Assembly (NCBI GenBank): GCA_017938695.1
Contig: JAGBBA010000057.1
Span: forward strand, 506-64,505
Direction of reading: 5' to 3'
Origin: Clostridia bacterium
GTDB lineage: Bacteria; Bacillota; Clostridia; Christensenellales; Aristaeellaceae
Length of the DNA: 64,000 nucleotides
Shown: positions 36,588 to 46,157 of the stretch, one piece after another
How the letters are laid out: every line of letters starts with the position of its first letter
How positions within the stretch are numbered: the stretch's first letter is position 1
Notes under the pieces: generated by a model
Told to the model about the DNA's origin: nothing
The model's input: only the letters and a program-made list of their open reading frames with translations
The model's database searches: none
Program-made: the position numbers and the translations under genes

Positions 36588-37841
36588 TCAGCACCTCTTC
36601 TCGCTCATCATGATATGCACGATGGTGCTGTTGGTCTTGCCCATGCCTTCCAACACCAGTTCGCCCAAGTGAGCGATTAGGTGGTCGAAGTCGTTGTCCA
36701 GAATGCCGTCCTGGGCGTGGATGCCGCTGCCCTCCATGGCCAGGCAGGCAGCCTCCACCGCCAGGCCTGCGGACAGGGCCACCTTGCTGGCACAGCCTTC
36801 CTTGGCACCGTCGCAGATCATGCCGCTCACCGAGCCCAGGATGTTCCGTGCGGCCTGCAGCATTTCTTTTTCGCCGCCGCCCAGGATGTATACCACGCCC
36901 AGCGAAGCCCCCAGGCCCGAGGCCACGCCGCAGGCGCACACGCTGCTCAGGGGGCCGATGTGGCTCTTGATGTACAGGTTCACCATGTTGGCCAGGGCCA
37001 GGGCGCGGAGCAGCTTTTCTTCATCCGCACCGAAGGCCTGGGCCGCCGCATCCACCGTCAGGAACAGGGTCAGGCCCTGGTTGCCGCTGCCGGTGGCAGT
37101 CATAACGGGCAGGGGCACGCCGCTCATGCGGGCGTAGCTGGCCGCACCAGCCATACGCTTGGCCTGCACGAACACGCTGGGATCCTTCAGCATCATGCTG
37201 GGCAGCACCTGGCGATCCAGGCCCTTCTCCACCGCCGTGCGGTAGACCTTGCGGTTCATGCCCAGCGCATCCTTCAAAAACAGCAGCTCGTTCACATCAG
37301 CATGATCGGCAAAGTCCAGGTACGCCGCCACGTCTCCTACGATGGCCTCTTCCGCCGCTGCTTCGCTGCTCACTTCATCCACAAAGGGTGCAAAGGGCGC
37401 ATGCTCGATGCGGGCAATGCGGTCGTGGGCCTGGCTGGTGATGACCCGCACGCAGTCGCAGTCGGTTTCGATCACCGTTTCAATATACAGCCCCTGCGCG
37501 CCTTCAGCTATCTCCACGCTGACCTTTTCGCGCAAGGCCTTGCCCTGGGCCAGCTGCTCCGCCGTCACGGTATGCAAAGCGTTCATACCGGCCTCGCTGT
37601 CACCGGCGGTGATGCCCAGGGCCACGCATAGCTCCACGCCGCGCTCGTCTGCACCGGGGATGCCCACGCCCATGGCGTTCTTGAACAGATAGGCATCCAG
37701 CCGGGCGGTCACGCGCCAGATTTCCCCCTTCGCATGCTTGCGGGCGGTGGCCGCATTCAGCGCAATGGCCGAGGGTTCTGTACAGCCGGTGGATTCTGCC
37801 AGGGTGCCGCGGATCTGGTCGATATACTGCTGATAGGACAT
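36588..37841 (-). CDS. UPF0597/YhaM-type L-cysteine desulfidase family protein (serine dehydratase alpha-like)
   Basis: N-terminal GCTEPSAIALNAA signature and conserved Cys residues. Start at MSYQQYI. Confidence 0.75.
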   Translation of the reverse strand: MSYQQYIDQIRGTLAESTGCTEPSAIALNAATARKHAKGEIWRVTARLDAYLFKNAMGVGIPGADERGVELCVALGITAGDSEAGMNALHTVTAEQLAQGKALREKVSVEIAEGAQGLYIETVIETDCDCVRVITSQAHDRIARIEHAPFAPFVDEVSSEAAAEEAIVGDVAAYLDFADHADVNELLFLKDALGMNRKVYRTAVEKGLDRQVLPSMMLKDPSVFVQAKRMAGAASYARMSGVPLPVMTATGSGNQGLTLFLTVDAAAQAFGADEEKLLRALALANMVNLYIKSHIGPLSSVCACGVASGLGASLGVVYILGGGEKEMLQAARNILGSVSGMICDGAKEGCASKVALSAGLAVEAACLAMEGSGIHAQDGILDNDFDHLIAHLGELVLEGMGKTNSTIVHIMMSEKRC

Positions 37842-37995
37842 AAACGCGCCTCGTTTCTTATGTGCTGCATAATGATTTCGTCCTGCGGTGCTTTTTTTCC
37901 TGCAATTTGCTGCAAAACTTGACGCGGCCACCGTTTCAGTGGTATAATAACACGTTTCTGTTTGAATTTCCTTTTAATATACAGGAGGTATCATC

Positions 37996-38742
37996 ATGTC
38001 CGGTCATTCCAAGTGGCATAATATTCAGGCTAAGAAAGGCAAGGCCGACGCCAAGCGCGGCGCGATTTTCACCAAGATCGGCCGCGAGATCGCCATCGCC
38101 GTGCGCGAGGGCGGCGCTAACCCCGAGTCCAACGGCAAGCTGCGCGACGTGATCGCCAAGGCCAAGGCCAACAACATGCCCAACGATAACATCCAGCGTT
38201 CCATCAAGAAGGCTTCCGGTGAAATGGGCGACGTGAACTACGAGCAGATCACCTACGAAGGCTATGCCCCCGGCGGCGTGGCTGTGATCGTGGATACCAT
38301 CACCGACAACCGCAACCGCACCGTGTCCGACGTGCGCCACTGCTTCGCCAAGAACGGCGGCAACCTGGGCAACGCCGGTTCCGTGTCCTTCATGTTCGAC
38401 GAGAAGGGCGTGCTGGTGGTGGAGCGCACCCCCGGCAGCGATGAGGACGAAATGATGATGATGGCTCTGGACGCCGGTGCCGAAGACATGAAGGCCGAGG
38501 AAGACGTCTACGAGATCTACACCTCCCCCGCCGATTTCTCCGCCGTCCGCGAAGCCCTCGAAGGCCAGGGCCTGACCTTCCTCTCCGCCGAGGTGAACAA
38601 GATCCCCCAGAACACCGTGTCTGTGGACGATCCCGACACCCTCAAGAACATCCAGAAGCTCCTGGACATGCTCGACGACAACGACGACGTGCAGAACGTT
38701 TACCACAACGCCGAACTCCCCGAGGAGGACGACGAGGAGTAA
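37996..38742 (+). CDS. yebC: YebC/PmpR-family DNA-binding regulator
   Basis: [23 protein letters not shown]-terminus. Full-length family match by motif. Confidence 0.93.
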   Translation: MSGHSKWHNIQAKKGKADAKRGAIFTKIGREIAIAVREGGANPESNGKLRDVIAKAKANNMPNDNIQRSIKKASGEMGDVNYEQITYEGYAPGGVAVIVDTITDNRNRTVSDVRHCFAKNGGNLGNAGSVSFMFDEKGVLVVERTPGSDEDEMMMMALDAGAEDMKAEEDVYEIYTSPADFSAVREALEGQGLTFLSAEVNKIPQNTVSVDDPDTLKNIQKLLDMLDDNDDVQNVYHNAELPEEDDEE

Positions 38743-39091
38743 GGGGCTCTGCCCCTTAACCCCGCCAAAGGGGCCTTGCCCCTTTGGAAACCCCACCAGA
38801 GGGCTCTGCCCTCTGGACTCCGCGAAGGGCCATTCGGCCCTCTCGACACCCATCCTGTGTGAGCATACAGGGTGGGTTTTCCTTTGGGGTCACGGCGCGC
38901 AACGGGCGCGCCGCGACGCAGGATAAGAGCAAAGCCTCCCTTGTGCAAAGGGAGGTGGCAGCCCGAAGGGCTGACGGAGGGATTGCCTGCCGCATCCCCC
39001 AACACGCCGCATTTATAAAATGTAGGAGCAAACTGCGTTCGCCCAGTCCACATTCTAAATTCCGCATTCCGAATTCCTAATTCCTAATTTT
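38740..39091 (+). repeat. full-length mosaic hairpin element (archetype copy)
   Basis: Four unit hairpins (38740-38759, 38765-38787, 38797-38817, 38823-38845), a terminator module (38847-38884), the GC hairpin (38888-38919), the cctccctt/aagggagg + ggcagccc modules with GGAGGGATTGCCTGC (38930-38990) and a heptamer array (39057-39091). Confidence 0.9.
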
Positions 39092-39151
39092 CTTTTCCTC
39101 CTCCCCGTGCTATAATATATCCACCACGAATCGTAAAAGGAGGCCGCCTCC

Positions 39152-40480
39152 ATGAATATGGTCAATATCATCACCAAGAAAAAGCTGGGCCAGGAGCTTA
39201 CTGCCCAGGAGATCGACTATTTTGTGCAGGGTGCCGCCCGGCAGACCATCCCGGATTATCAACTGGCCGCGCTATTGATGGCCATTCGTTTTCAGGGCAT
39301 GACGCCGCAGGAAACCACCCACCTCACCCTGTCCATGCGTGATTCCGGCGACGTGTGCGACCTGTCCGCCATTCCCGGCATCAAGGTGGATAAGCACTCC
39401 ACCGGCGGCGTGGGCGACACCACCACCCTGGTGCTGGCTCCCCTGGTGGCTGCCTGCGGCGTGCCCGTGGCCAAGATGAGCGGCCGCGGCCTGGGCCATA
39501 CCGGCGGCACGCTGGATAAGCTGGAATCCGTGCCGGGGCTCAGCGTGGAGCTCAGCGAGGATGCTTTCATCCGGCAGGTGAACAGCATCGGCGTGGCGGT
39601 CATCGGCCAGACGGGCTCCCTGGCCCCGGCGGACAAGACCCTCTACGCCCTGCGCGACGTGACCGCCACCGTGGACAGCCTGCCCCTGATCGCCTCCTCC
39701 ATCATGTCCAAGAAGCTGGCCTCCGGCGCAGATGCCATCGTGCTTGATGTGAAGACCGGTTCCGGTGCCATTATGCAGACGCTGGAGGGTTCCATCGAGC
39801 TGGCCGAAGCCATGGTCAAGATCGGCGCACTGGCTGGCAAGCCTGTCACCGCCATCGTCACCGGCATGGAGCAGCCCCTGGGCACCCATGTGGGCAACGC
39901 CCTGGAGGTGAAGGACGCCATTGACGTGCTCTCCGGCCGCACCACCGGCGCACTGCTGGAGGTTTCGCGGCTGCTGGGCAGCCACATGCTGGTGCTGGCA
40001 GGCCGTGCCGCCACTCCCGAGGAAGGCCGCGCCCTTCTGCAGGAGGCCCTGGACAGCCGTCGCGGCCTGGCCAAGCTGAAGGAAATGCTGGCCGCTCAGG
40101 GCGGCGATCCCACCGTGTGCGACGATGTGTCGCGCCTGCCCCAGCCTGCGGTGATCCGCACCGTGACCGCCGGTTGCAGCGGCTATGTGGCCGAAATGGA
40201 CACCACGGCCCTGGGGCTGGCTGCCCAGGCCATGGGTGCCGGCCGCGTGCAGAAAACCGATACCCTGGATTACTCCGTGGGCTTTGTACTGCCCGTGCGC
40301 ATTGGCGACCAGGTGCAGCCCGATACGCTCCTGTGCACCCTTTACGCCCGCAGCGAAGAGGAGGCCGCCAAAGCCGAAGCCGCCATCCGCGCCGCCATCC
40401 GTTTCGCCAATGAACCCGTGGCTGCACCGCCGCTGTGCTATGCCATTGTGACGAAGGACGGCGTACAGCGTTTCGCCTGA
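39152..40480 (+). CDS. pdp: pyrimidine-nucleoside (thymidine) phosphorylase
   Basis: KHSTGGVGD and SGRGLGHTGGTLDKLE signatures. Extended -10 TGcTATAAT at 39108-39116. Confidence 0.95.
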   Translation: MNMVNIITKKKLGQELTAQEIDYFVQGAARQTIPDYQLAALLMAIRFQGMTPQETTHLTLSMRDSGDVCDLSAIPGIKVDKHSTGGVGDTTTLVLAPLVAACGVPVAKMSGRGLGHTGGTLDKLESVPGLSVELSEDAFIRQVNSIGVAVIGQTGSLAPADKTLYALRDVTATVDSLPLIASSIMSKKLASGADAIVLDVKTGSGAIMQTLEGSIELAEAMVKIGALAGKPVTAIVTGMEQPLGTHVGNALEVKDAIDVLSGRTTGALLEVSRLLGSHMLVLAGRAATPEEGRALLQEALDSRRGLAKLKEMLAAQGGDPTVCDDVSRLPQPAVIRTVTAGCSGYVAEMDTTALGLAAQAMGAGRVQKTDTLDYSVGFVLPVRIGDQVQPDTLLCTLYARSEEEAAKAEAAIRAAIRFANEPVAAPPLCYAIVTKDGVQRFA

Positions 40481-40493
40481 TGCAGGAGGGTTT

Positions 40494-41087
40494 ATGAATA
40501 TCAAGCAAGCACTGGAAAGCAAACTGGGCCCTGCCGGTCAGCTTCAACTGAACGATGTTGATGTTGATACCGCCAGCATCCGCGCCATCATGATCAATGA
40601 AGTCGTTCCTGCCGACCCTGCCCAGGACTTCTACGGCAGCAGCGGCGAAGAATACCTCGCCACCACCATCCCGCTGTTCCAGAAAGCCGGACTGCCGGTG
40701 GAAAGCATCCGCGACATTCTGGACATGGGTGTGTACATCACCAATGCCGTCAAGACCCCCAAAACGGCCTATGCCATTGAAAAAGCCGGCCTGGAAGAAA
40801 GCCTCCCCTGGCTGGAAGCCGAACTGGCTCTGTTTCCCCATGTGAAGGTCGTGATGCTCATGGGCGACGTAGCGAAAAAGATGTTCAACCAGATCGCCCG
40901 CAAGGTGACCAGGAAGAACGTCATCCCCTCCGGCGCGACTTACAAGCTTCGCGCCACGCCGTTCTATTTCGGCGAAATTCGCGTTATGCCCTCGTATATC
41001 ATGACAGGCGGCAACATCCTGATCGAGAAGAGCAAAGTCACTATGGCCGCGCAGGATATCGCCGCCATGGCAGAGATCATCCGATAA
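40494..41087 (+). CDS. uracil-DNA glycosylase-superfamily protein
   Basis: A UDG-fold-like pattern (GVYITNAVKTP, VVMLMGDVA). The catalytic motifs are not canonical. Confidence 0.5.
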   Translation: MNIKQALESKLGPAGQLQLNDVDVDTASIRAIMINEVVPADPAQDFYGSSGEEYLATTIPLFQKAGLPVESIRDILDMGVYITNAVKTPKTAYAIEKAGLEESLPWLEAELALFPHVKVVMLMGDVAKKMFNQIARKVTRKNVIPSGATYKLRATPFYFGEIRVMPSYIMTGGNILIEKSKVTMAAQDIAAMAEIIR

Positions 41088-41210
41088 CATCAGCCGGACA
41101 TTCCGTCCGGTTTTTTCTTTGTTCCAAAACGCTTCCCACCGTTGACGCGCCTCGCCCTGCGTGGTAGGATGAACCTTGTTCCACTATACGAAATCGAGGC
41201 GAATGTCCCC

Positions 41211-41912
41211 ATGAACCGCTTATTCCTCAAGGGTGTGAAGCACGGCATCCCCATTGCGCTGGGGTATCTGTCCGTGTCCTTCACCTTCGGCATGAAGGCC
41301 GTCAGCGACGGCCTGGCCTGGCAGCAGGCTGTGCTGATCTCCATGACCAACGTGACCAGCGCGGGCCAGTTTGCCGGTCTGCCGCTGATGCTGGCCCAGT
41401 CCTCGCTGATCGAGGCCGCTCTCACCCAGCTGATCATCAACCTGCGCTATGCGCTGATGAGCCTCTCCCTCTCCCAGAAGCTGGACAAATCCATGACCAC
41501 GCCCCACCGCATGGCCTTCTCCTTCTGCAATACGGACGAGATCTTTGCCGTAGCGTCTTCCCAGCCGGAAAAGGTGGGCAAGTGGTATCTGTACGGGCTG
41601 ATGTCCACGCCCTGGCTGGGCTGGGCACTGGGCACGCTGCTGGGTGCCGTGGCCGGGCAGCTGCTGCCGGAGTTCTTCCGTACCGCCCTGGGCATCGCCA
41701 TTTATGGCATGTTCCTGGCCATCATCCTGCCCCCGGCCCGCAAGGAGCACCCCGTCCGCGTGGTGGTGGGTATTGCTGTGGCACTGAGCCTGTGCTTCCG
41801 CTATCTGCCGGTGCTCAACCAGCTTTCCAGCGGCTTTGTGATCATCATCTGCGCAGTGGCCGCCTCCACCATCGGCGCGCTGCTGTTCCCGGTAAAGGAG
41901 GATGCTGCATGA
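41211..41912 (+). CDS. azlC: AzlC-family branched-chain amino acid transporter subunit
   Basis: Membrane protein with the AzlC N-terminus (GIPIALGYLSVSFTFG). Followed by an overlapping azlD. Confidence 0.85.
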   Translation: MNRLFLKGVKHGIPIALGYLSVSFTFGMKAVSDGLAWQQAVLISMTNVTSAGQFAGLPLMLAQSSLIEAALTQLIINLRYALMSLSLSQKLDKSMTTPHRMAFSFCNTDEIFAVASSQPEKVGKWYLYGLMSTPWLGWALGTLLGAVAGQLLPEFFRTALGIAIYGMFLAIILPPARKEHPVRVVVGIAVALSLCFRYLPVLNQLSSGFVIIICAVAASTIGALLFPVKEDAA

Positions 41913-42226
41913 GCTGGACAAGCTTCTTCCCCTACCTGATCGTGATGGCCGGCGTGACCTACCTGATCCGCATGCTGCCGCTGACGGTCTTCCGCAAGGA
42001 AATCAAGAGCGTTTTTGTGAAGTCCTTCCTGCACTATGTGCCCTATGCGGTGCTGGGTGCCATGACCTTCCCGGATGTGCTGTACTCCACCGGCAGCCTG
42101 TGGACGGCCCTGGTGGGCCTGGTGGTGGCTGTGGTGATGGCCTGGCGCGGCCGCAGCCTGCTGACGGTGGCCATCGGTGCCTGCCTGGCGGTCGCCGCTG
42201 CCCAGGGCGTGATGCTGCTGCTGTGA
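41909..42226 (+). CDS. azlD: AzlD-family membrane protein
   Basis: 105 aa with 3-4 TM segments and an ATGA overlap with azlC. It is embedded in a longer spurious track ORF. Confidence 0.8.
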   Translation: MSWTSFFPYLIVMAGVTYLIRMLPLTVFRKEIKSVFVKSFLHYVPYAVLGAMTFPDVLYSTGSLWTALVGLVVAVVMAWRGRSLLTVAIGACLAVAAAQGVMLLL

Positions 42227-42377
42227 CCCCTGCTTTCCTTTCCCTCTGCCTTGGCAGAGGGGTTTTGGTTTGCATGCTGGCCAACAACAGCATAGCATAC
42301 AACGAAGCCGAAGTCATCCCCATGCTGGAAGCCGCCTTGACCGGGCTTATCACGACCATCAAAACGGAGGAAAAGCC

Positions 42378-43154
42378 ATGCTGAAGAAACTGTATCAAAA
42401 GAACGAAATCCACTTTGCCCTGGTGTGGATCGGCCTGTATGTGGTGGTGATGAACATCGCCATGCAATGCTGCAACGGCTTTGACGACCTGGCCAGCAAA
42501 ACCGTCCCTCAGCTGCTGGTGCCGGTGGGGTGCATCCTGGTGCTGGCGGTGCTTTCCACTGCATGGATCCTCCGCAACGGCCTTGCAGAAAAGTACGGCC
42601 TGTGCTGCTTCCGGGGAAGCCTTAAAACCTATCTGTGGTTCATCCCCCTGGTGATCCTGTCCTGCACCAATCTGAAGAACGGCCTGGGGCTCGGTGCCGC
42701 GCTGAGCCTCTCGCTGCTGATGATGGTCAACATGGCCGTCGCAGGCTACGTGGAGGAGGTCATCTTCCGCGGGTTTCTGTTCCGCGCCATGCAGAAGGAT
42801 AACCTGAAAACGGCCGTGATCGTATCCGCCGTGACCTTTGGTGCTGGGCACATCGTCAACCTGGCCAACACCGCCGATGTGCTGGGCGTGCTGCTGCAGG
42901 TGTGCTATGCCATCACCATTGGCTTTCTGTACACGGTGATCGTGTACAAGGGCGGCAGCCTGTGGCCCTGCATTGCGAGCCACATGTTCGTCAACGGCAG
43001 CAGCGTTTTTGCCCTGGCGGAAGGCCCCTTTACCCAATGGATGACCGCCCTGTTCGGCCAGGTCACGCCTGCCATGCTGCAGGCCTGTAGCGCGCTGGTG
43101 ATCATGCTCATCTCCGGCGGCTACGCCCTGTGGCTGTGGAAAAAAGCGAAATAA
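42378..43154 (+). CDS. CPBP (CAAX) family intramembrane metalloprotease
   Basis: EEVIFRGFLF and FGAGH motifs. GGAGG RBS before the ATG at 42378. Confidence 0.85.
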   Translation: MLKKLYQKNEIHFALVWIGLYVVVMNIAMQCCNGFDDLASKTVPQLLVPVGCILVLAVLSTAWILRNGLAEKYGLCCFRGSLKTYLWFIPLVILSCTNLKNGLGLGAALSLSLLMMVNMAVAGYVEEVIFRGFLFRAMQKDNLKTAVIVSAVTFGAGHIVNLANTADVLGVLLQVCYAITIGFLYTVIVYKGGSLWPCIASHMFVNGSSVFALAEGPFTQWMTALFGQVTPAMLQACSALVIMLISGGYALWLWKKAK

Positions 43155-43295
43155 GCATGACGGCCGGCTAATCCAAGCATGATAGTGGAGATAGCATTCA
43201 TCCACCAAAAAGGGAGCTCGTTTTGAGTATGCATTTTGCATCAGCTAAGCACATATTGTAAAATGTTTTTGCAATGTTTTTCTGCCTGGTGCATC

Positions 43296-43324
43296 TTGAC
43301 AGATGAACACCGAAGGAGTATTTT
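43296..43324 (+). promoter_or_regulatory. candidate promoter of the cstA leader
   Basis: TTGACA, a 17-nt spacer, then TATTTT. Confidence 0.4.
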
Positions 43325-43590
43325 ATACGCGTAAACCACATACGCAATGCAGTGATTGAGACACACGCGCTTCCACAGCGCCCCCAGAGAAATGCCGGTT
43401 GGTGCGAGGCATGGCAAGCATGGAAGACCAGCGTATCCCTCATGAGCAGTCCGCTGAATCTGCGCTTTCATGCAGGGTAGGCCAGACCGTTATCTTCACG
43501 TTACAGAAGAGCACATTCGTCCTGAGTGACTGATGTGGCTGAGCAGGCCGCAAACAATGCGGCAACAGGAGTGGTATCGCGGGAAATACA

Positions 43591-43637
43591 AACCCGTCTC
43601 CTTTCGATCCTTCAGGTCGGATGGGGACGGGTTTTTT
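43591..43637 (+). terminator. intrinsic terminator inside the cstA 5' leader
   Basis: 11-bp stem aacccgtctcc/ggggacgggtt (one G-U pair) followed by T6, ending 90 nt before the cstA ATG. Confidence 0.7.
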
Positions 43638-43727
43638 GATATACAGCGCACTTTCCCCGGCAGAGGCATCCGCGGAGCCATGCTGAGAAAAACACGCAAA
43701 CGATCATACAGAAAGGATGTCCTGAAA

Positions 43728-45407
43728 ATGAACGGAATCACCATTATGCTGATCGCCCTCGCCGTGCTGGGGGCAGGTTACCTTCTCTATGGCCGCTGGC
43801 TGGCCAAGACCTGGGGCATCGATCCCAAGGCCAAGACCCCTGCCTATGAAATGGAGGACGGCGTGGACTATACGCCCACTGCCCCTGGTGTGGTGTTTGG
43901 TCACCAGTTTGCCTCCATTGCCGGAGCGGGTCCCATCAACGGCCCCATTCAGGCAGCCATCTTCGGCTGGGTGCCGGTGCTTTTGTGGGTGCTGATCGGC
44001 GGCCTGTTCTTCGGCGCCGTGCAGGACTTTGTGGCCATGTACGCCTCTGTGAGAAACAAGGGCCGCACCATCGGCTATATTATCGAGCTGTATATCGGCA
44101 AGATCGGCAAAAAGCTCTTCACCCTGTTTGTCTGGCTCTTCTCCATCCTGGTGGTGGCTGCCTTTGCTGATGTGGTAGCCAATACCTTCAACGGCTTTGC
44201 CGCGACCCCCGAGGTCTCCCTGGCCAATGGTCAGGTGGCTACCACCTCCATGCTGTTTATTGCTGCAGCTGTCACGCTGGGCGTGGTGCTGAAGGTGTGC
44301 CGCTTCAAGCCGCTGGTGAACACCGCCATCGCGGTGGGTCTGCTGGTTTTGTGCATTGTGCTGGGCATGGTGCTGCCCATGTATGTGCCCACCGGCACCT
44401 GGCACCTGATCGTGTTTGTGTACATTGCTGTTGCCTCCATTGTGCCTGTATGGGCGCTGCTCCAGCCCCGTGACTATCTGAACAGCTACCTGCTGGTAGC
44501 CATGATCGTGGCGGCTGTGCTGGGCGTGCTGGTAGCCAATCCCCAGATGAACCTGAACGCCTTCAACGGCTTTACGGTCAACGGTCAGCATATGTTCCCC
44601 ATCCTGTTTGTGACCATCGCCTGCGGCGCGGTATCCGGCTTCCATTCGCTGGTGTCCTCCGGCACCGCCTCCAAGCAGGTGCAGAATGAGAAGCACATGC
44701 TGCCCATCTCCTTCGGCTCCATGCTGCTGGAAAGCTTGCTGGCCGTGATTGCCCTGATCGCCGTGGGCGCTGTGTCCAGCGGCGCGCAGGTAGCCTCCGG
44801 TACCCCTGCGGTGGTCTTTGCCTCCGCCATCTCTGGCTTCCTGGGCAAGGTGGGCATCCCCCAGGATGTGGCCTTCACGCTGATCAACCTGTCCGTCTCC
44901 GCCTTCGCCCTCACCTCGCTGGACTCTGTTGCCCGTGTGGGTCGCCTGGCCTTCCAGGAGTTCTTCCTGGACTCCACCGATGACGAGGAGAACATGAGCC
45001 CCGTGAAAAAGTTCCTCACCAACAAGTACACCGCCACCGTGGCTACGCTGGTGATGGCCTATGCCCTTGCCAAGGCTGGCTATGCCAACATCTGGCCCCT
45101 GTTCGGCTCGGCCAACCAGCTGCTGAGCGCCCTGGCGCTGATCGCCTGCGCCGTGTTCCTCAAGCGCACCAACCGCAAGGGCTGGATGCTGTGGGCACCC
45201 ATGGCCATCATGCTGGCTGTGACCCTGACCGCTCTGGGCATGACCATCTTTGGCAAGTTCGGCGGCATCTTTGCCGGCACCACCGCCAATCTGGGCGGCG
45301 ACCTGCTGCAGGGCAGCTTTGCCGTTGCGCTGTTCGTGCTGGGCGTGATCGTTGCCGTGCAGGGCGTGAAGAAGCTCTTCGGCAAGGAAGAATCCGTGCA
45401 GGCGTGA
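43728..45407 (+). CDS. cstA: carbon starvation protein A (peptide/pyruvate transporter family)
   Basis: Typical CstA N-terminus (YLLYGRWLAKTWGIDP, HQFASIAGAGPINGP) and a multi-TM body. Start at MNGITIM after AAAGGA. Confidence 0.93.
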   Translation: MNGITIMLIALAVLGAGYLLYGRWLAKTWGIDPKAKTPAYEMEDGVDYTPTAPGVVFGHQFASIAGAGPINGPIQAAIFGWVPVLLWVLIGGLFFGAVQDFVAMYASVRNKGRTIGYIIELYIGKIGKKLFTLFVWLFSILVVAAFADVVANTFNGFAATPEVSLANGQVATTSMLFIAAAVTLGVVLKVCRFKPLVNTAIAVGLLVLCIVLGMVLPMYVPTGTWHLIVFVYIAVASIVPVWALLQPRDYLNSYLLVAMIVAAVLGVLVANPQMNLNAFNGFTVNGQHMFPILFVTIACGAVSGFHSLVSSGTASKQVQNEKHMLPISFGSMLLESLLAVIALIAVGAVSSGAQVASGTPAVVFASAISGFLGKVGIPQDVAFTLINLSVSAFALTSLDSVARVGRLAFQEFFLDSTDDEENMSPVKKFLTNKYTATVATLVMAYALAKAGYANIWPLFGSANQLLSALALIACAVFLKRTNRKGWMLWAPMAIMLAVTLTALGMTIFGKFGGIFAGTTANLGGDLLQGSFAVALFVLGVIVAVQGVKKLFGKEESVQA

Positions 45408-45433
45408 TTTTCGCTGCGCTGGTACAAACAAGT

Positions 45434-45467
45434 AAAAAAGGCCTGCCCCATGCGGCAGGCTTTTTTG
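45434..45467 (+). terminator. rho-independent terminator after cstA
   Basis: gcctgcc/ggcaggc stem flanked by an A-run and T6. Confidence 0.85.
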
Positions 45468-45542
45468 CACTCTTCCTTCTCCTGCGCATAGGCTGACAGT
45501 GCAGGCACGGCCTGCAAATCCACCAAGGAAGGTGAACATCCT

Positions 45543-46154
45543 ATGCGCAACGATTATATCGGCACCAGCATCGACGGCGACCGCGCCGCATGCTGCCAGC
45601 ACCATCATAACAACAATGGAGGCCAGCGGCCTTGCCGTCCTCAGCCGGGCTGCGCCGCCCCTCAGCTCAATTACGGCTGCGACGAGCCCTGCCAGCCCCG
45701 TCCTGCCTGCCGCCCCGGCTGCGATGACCGCCGCGATCCCCGGCCCTGCAACGAGCCCTGCTACGAGCAGGAGCGTTCCTGCTCCCCCTGTGGCGGCCGT
45801 ACCCCTGCCATGGTTTACGCTGCCCATCACGACCTGGACAGTGCCTATTGCAGCGAGAAGGCCCTCATCCGCGGCACGCTGTTCGGCTGCCTGGATAAGC
45901 CCATGTGCAACGAACGCTGCACCGATACCCCCTGCGCCACCCAGTGCCAGGCGGACAAATTCGCCATCTGGGAGCTGCGGCTGTACCTGAACACCCACCC
46001 CCACGACCAGAAGGCCCTGGCCCTGATGCGCAAGCTGCTTGAACAGATGGATCACGACTGCACCTGTACCTTCTACCCCGACTGCAACTGCTGGTCCTGG
46101 CTGGACGGCCCTTGGCCCTGGGAATATCAGCGTTGCTGCGGAAAGGAGGCATAA
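45543..46154 (+). CDS. CotJA-CotJB fusion protein with Cys/Pro-rich N-terminal extension
   Basis: CotJA-like MVYAAHHDLDSAYCSEKALIRGTLFGCLDKP. CotJB-like AIWELRLYLNTHPHDQKAL ... GPWPWEY. Confidence 0.75.
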   Translation: MRNDYIGTSIDGDRAACCQHHHNNNGGQRPCRPQPGCAAPQLNYGCDEPCQPRPACRPGCDDRRDPRPCNEPCYEQERSCSPCGGRTPAMVYAAHHDLDSAYCSEKALIRGTLFGCLDKPMCNERCTDTPCATQCQADKFAIWELRLYLNTHPHDQKALALMRKLLEQMDHDCTCTFYPDCNCWSWLDGPWPWEYQRCCGKEA

Positions 46155-46157
46155 GCC

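Noticed and set aside
38740-38850. Tandem hairpin units considered as a possible CRISPR array
   Set aside because: The units are directly adjacent, with no unique spacers of 25-40 nt. Stems vary between units, no cas genes are present, and the arrays are only 2-5 units long.
43198-43471. Two overlapping minus-strand ORFs (81 and 76 aa) in the cstA upstream gap
   Set aside because: They have no RBS, an atypical AT-rich composition relative to real genes here, and Cys/His/Arg-rich translations without motifs. The region is better explained as non-coding leader or regulatory DNA.
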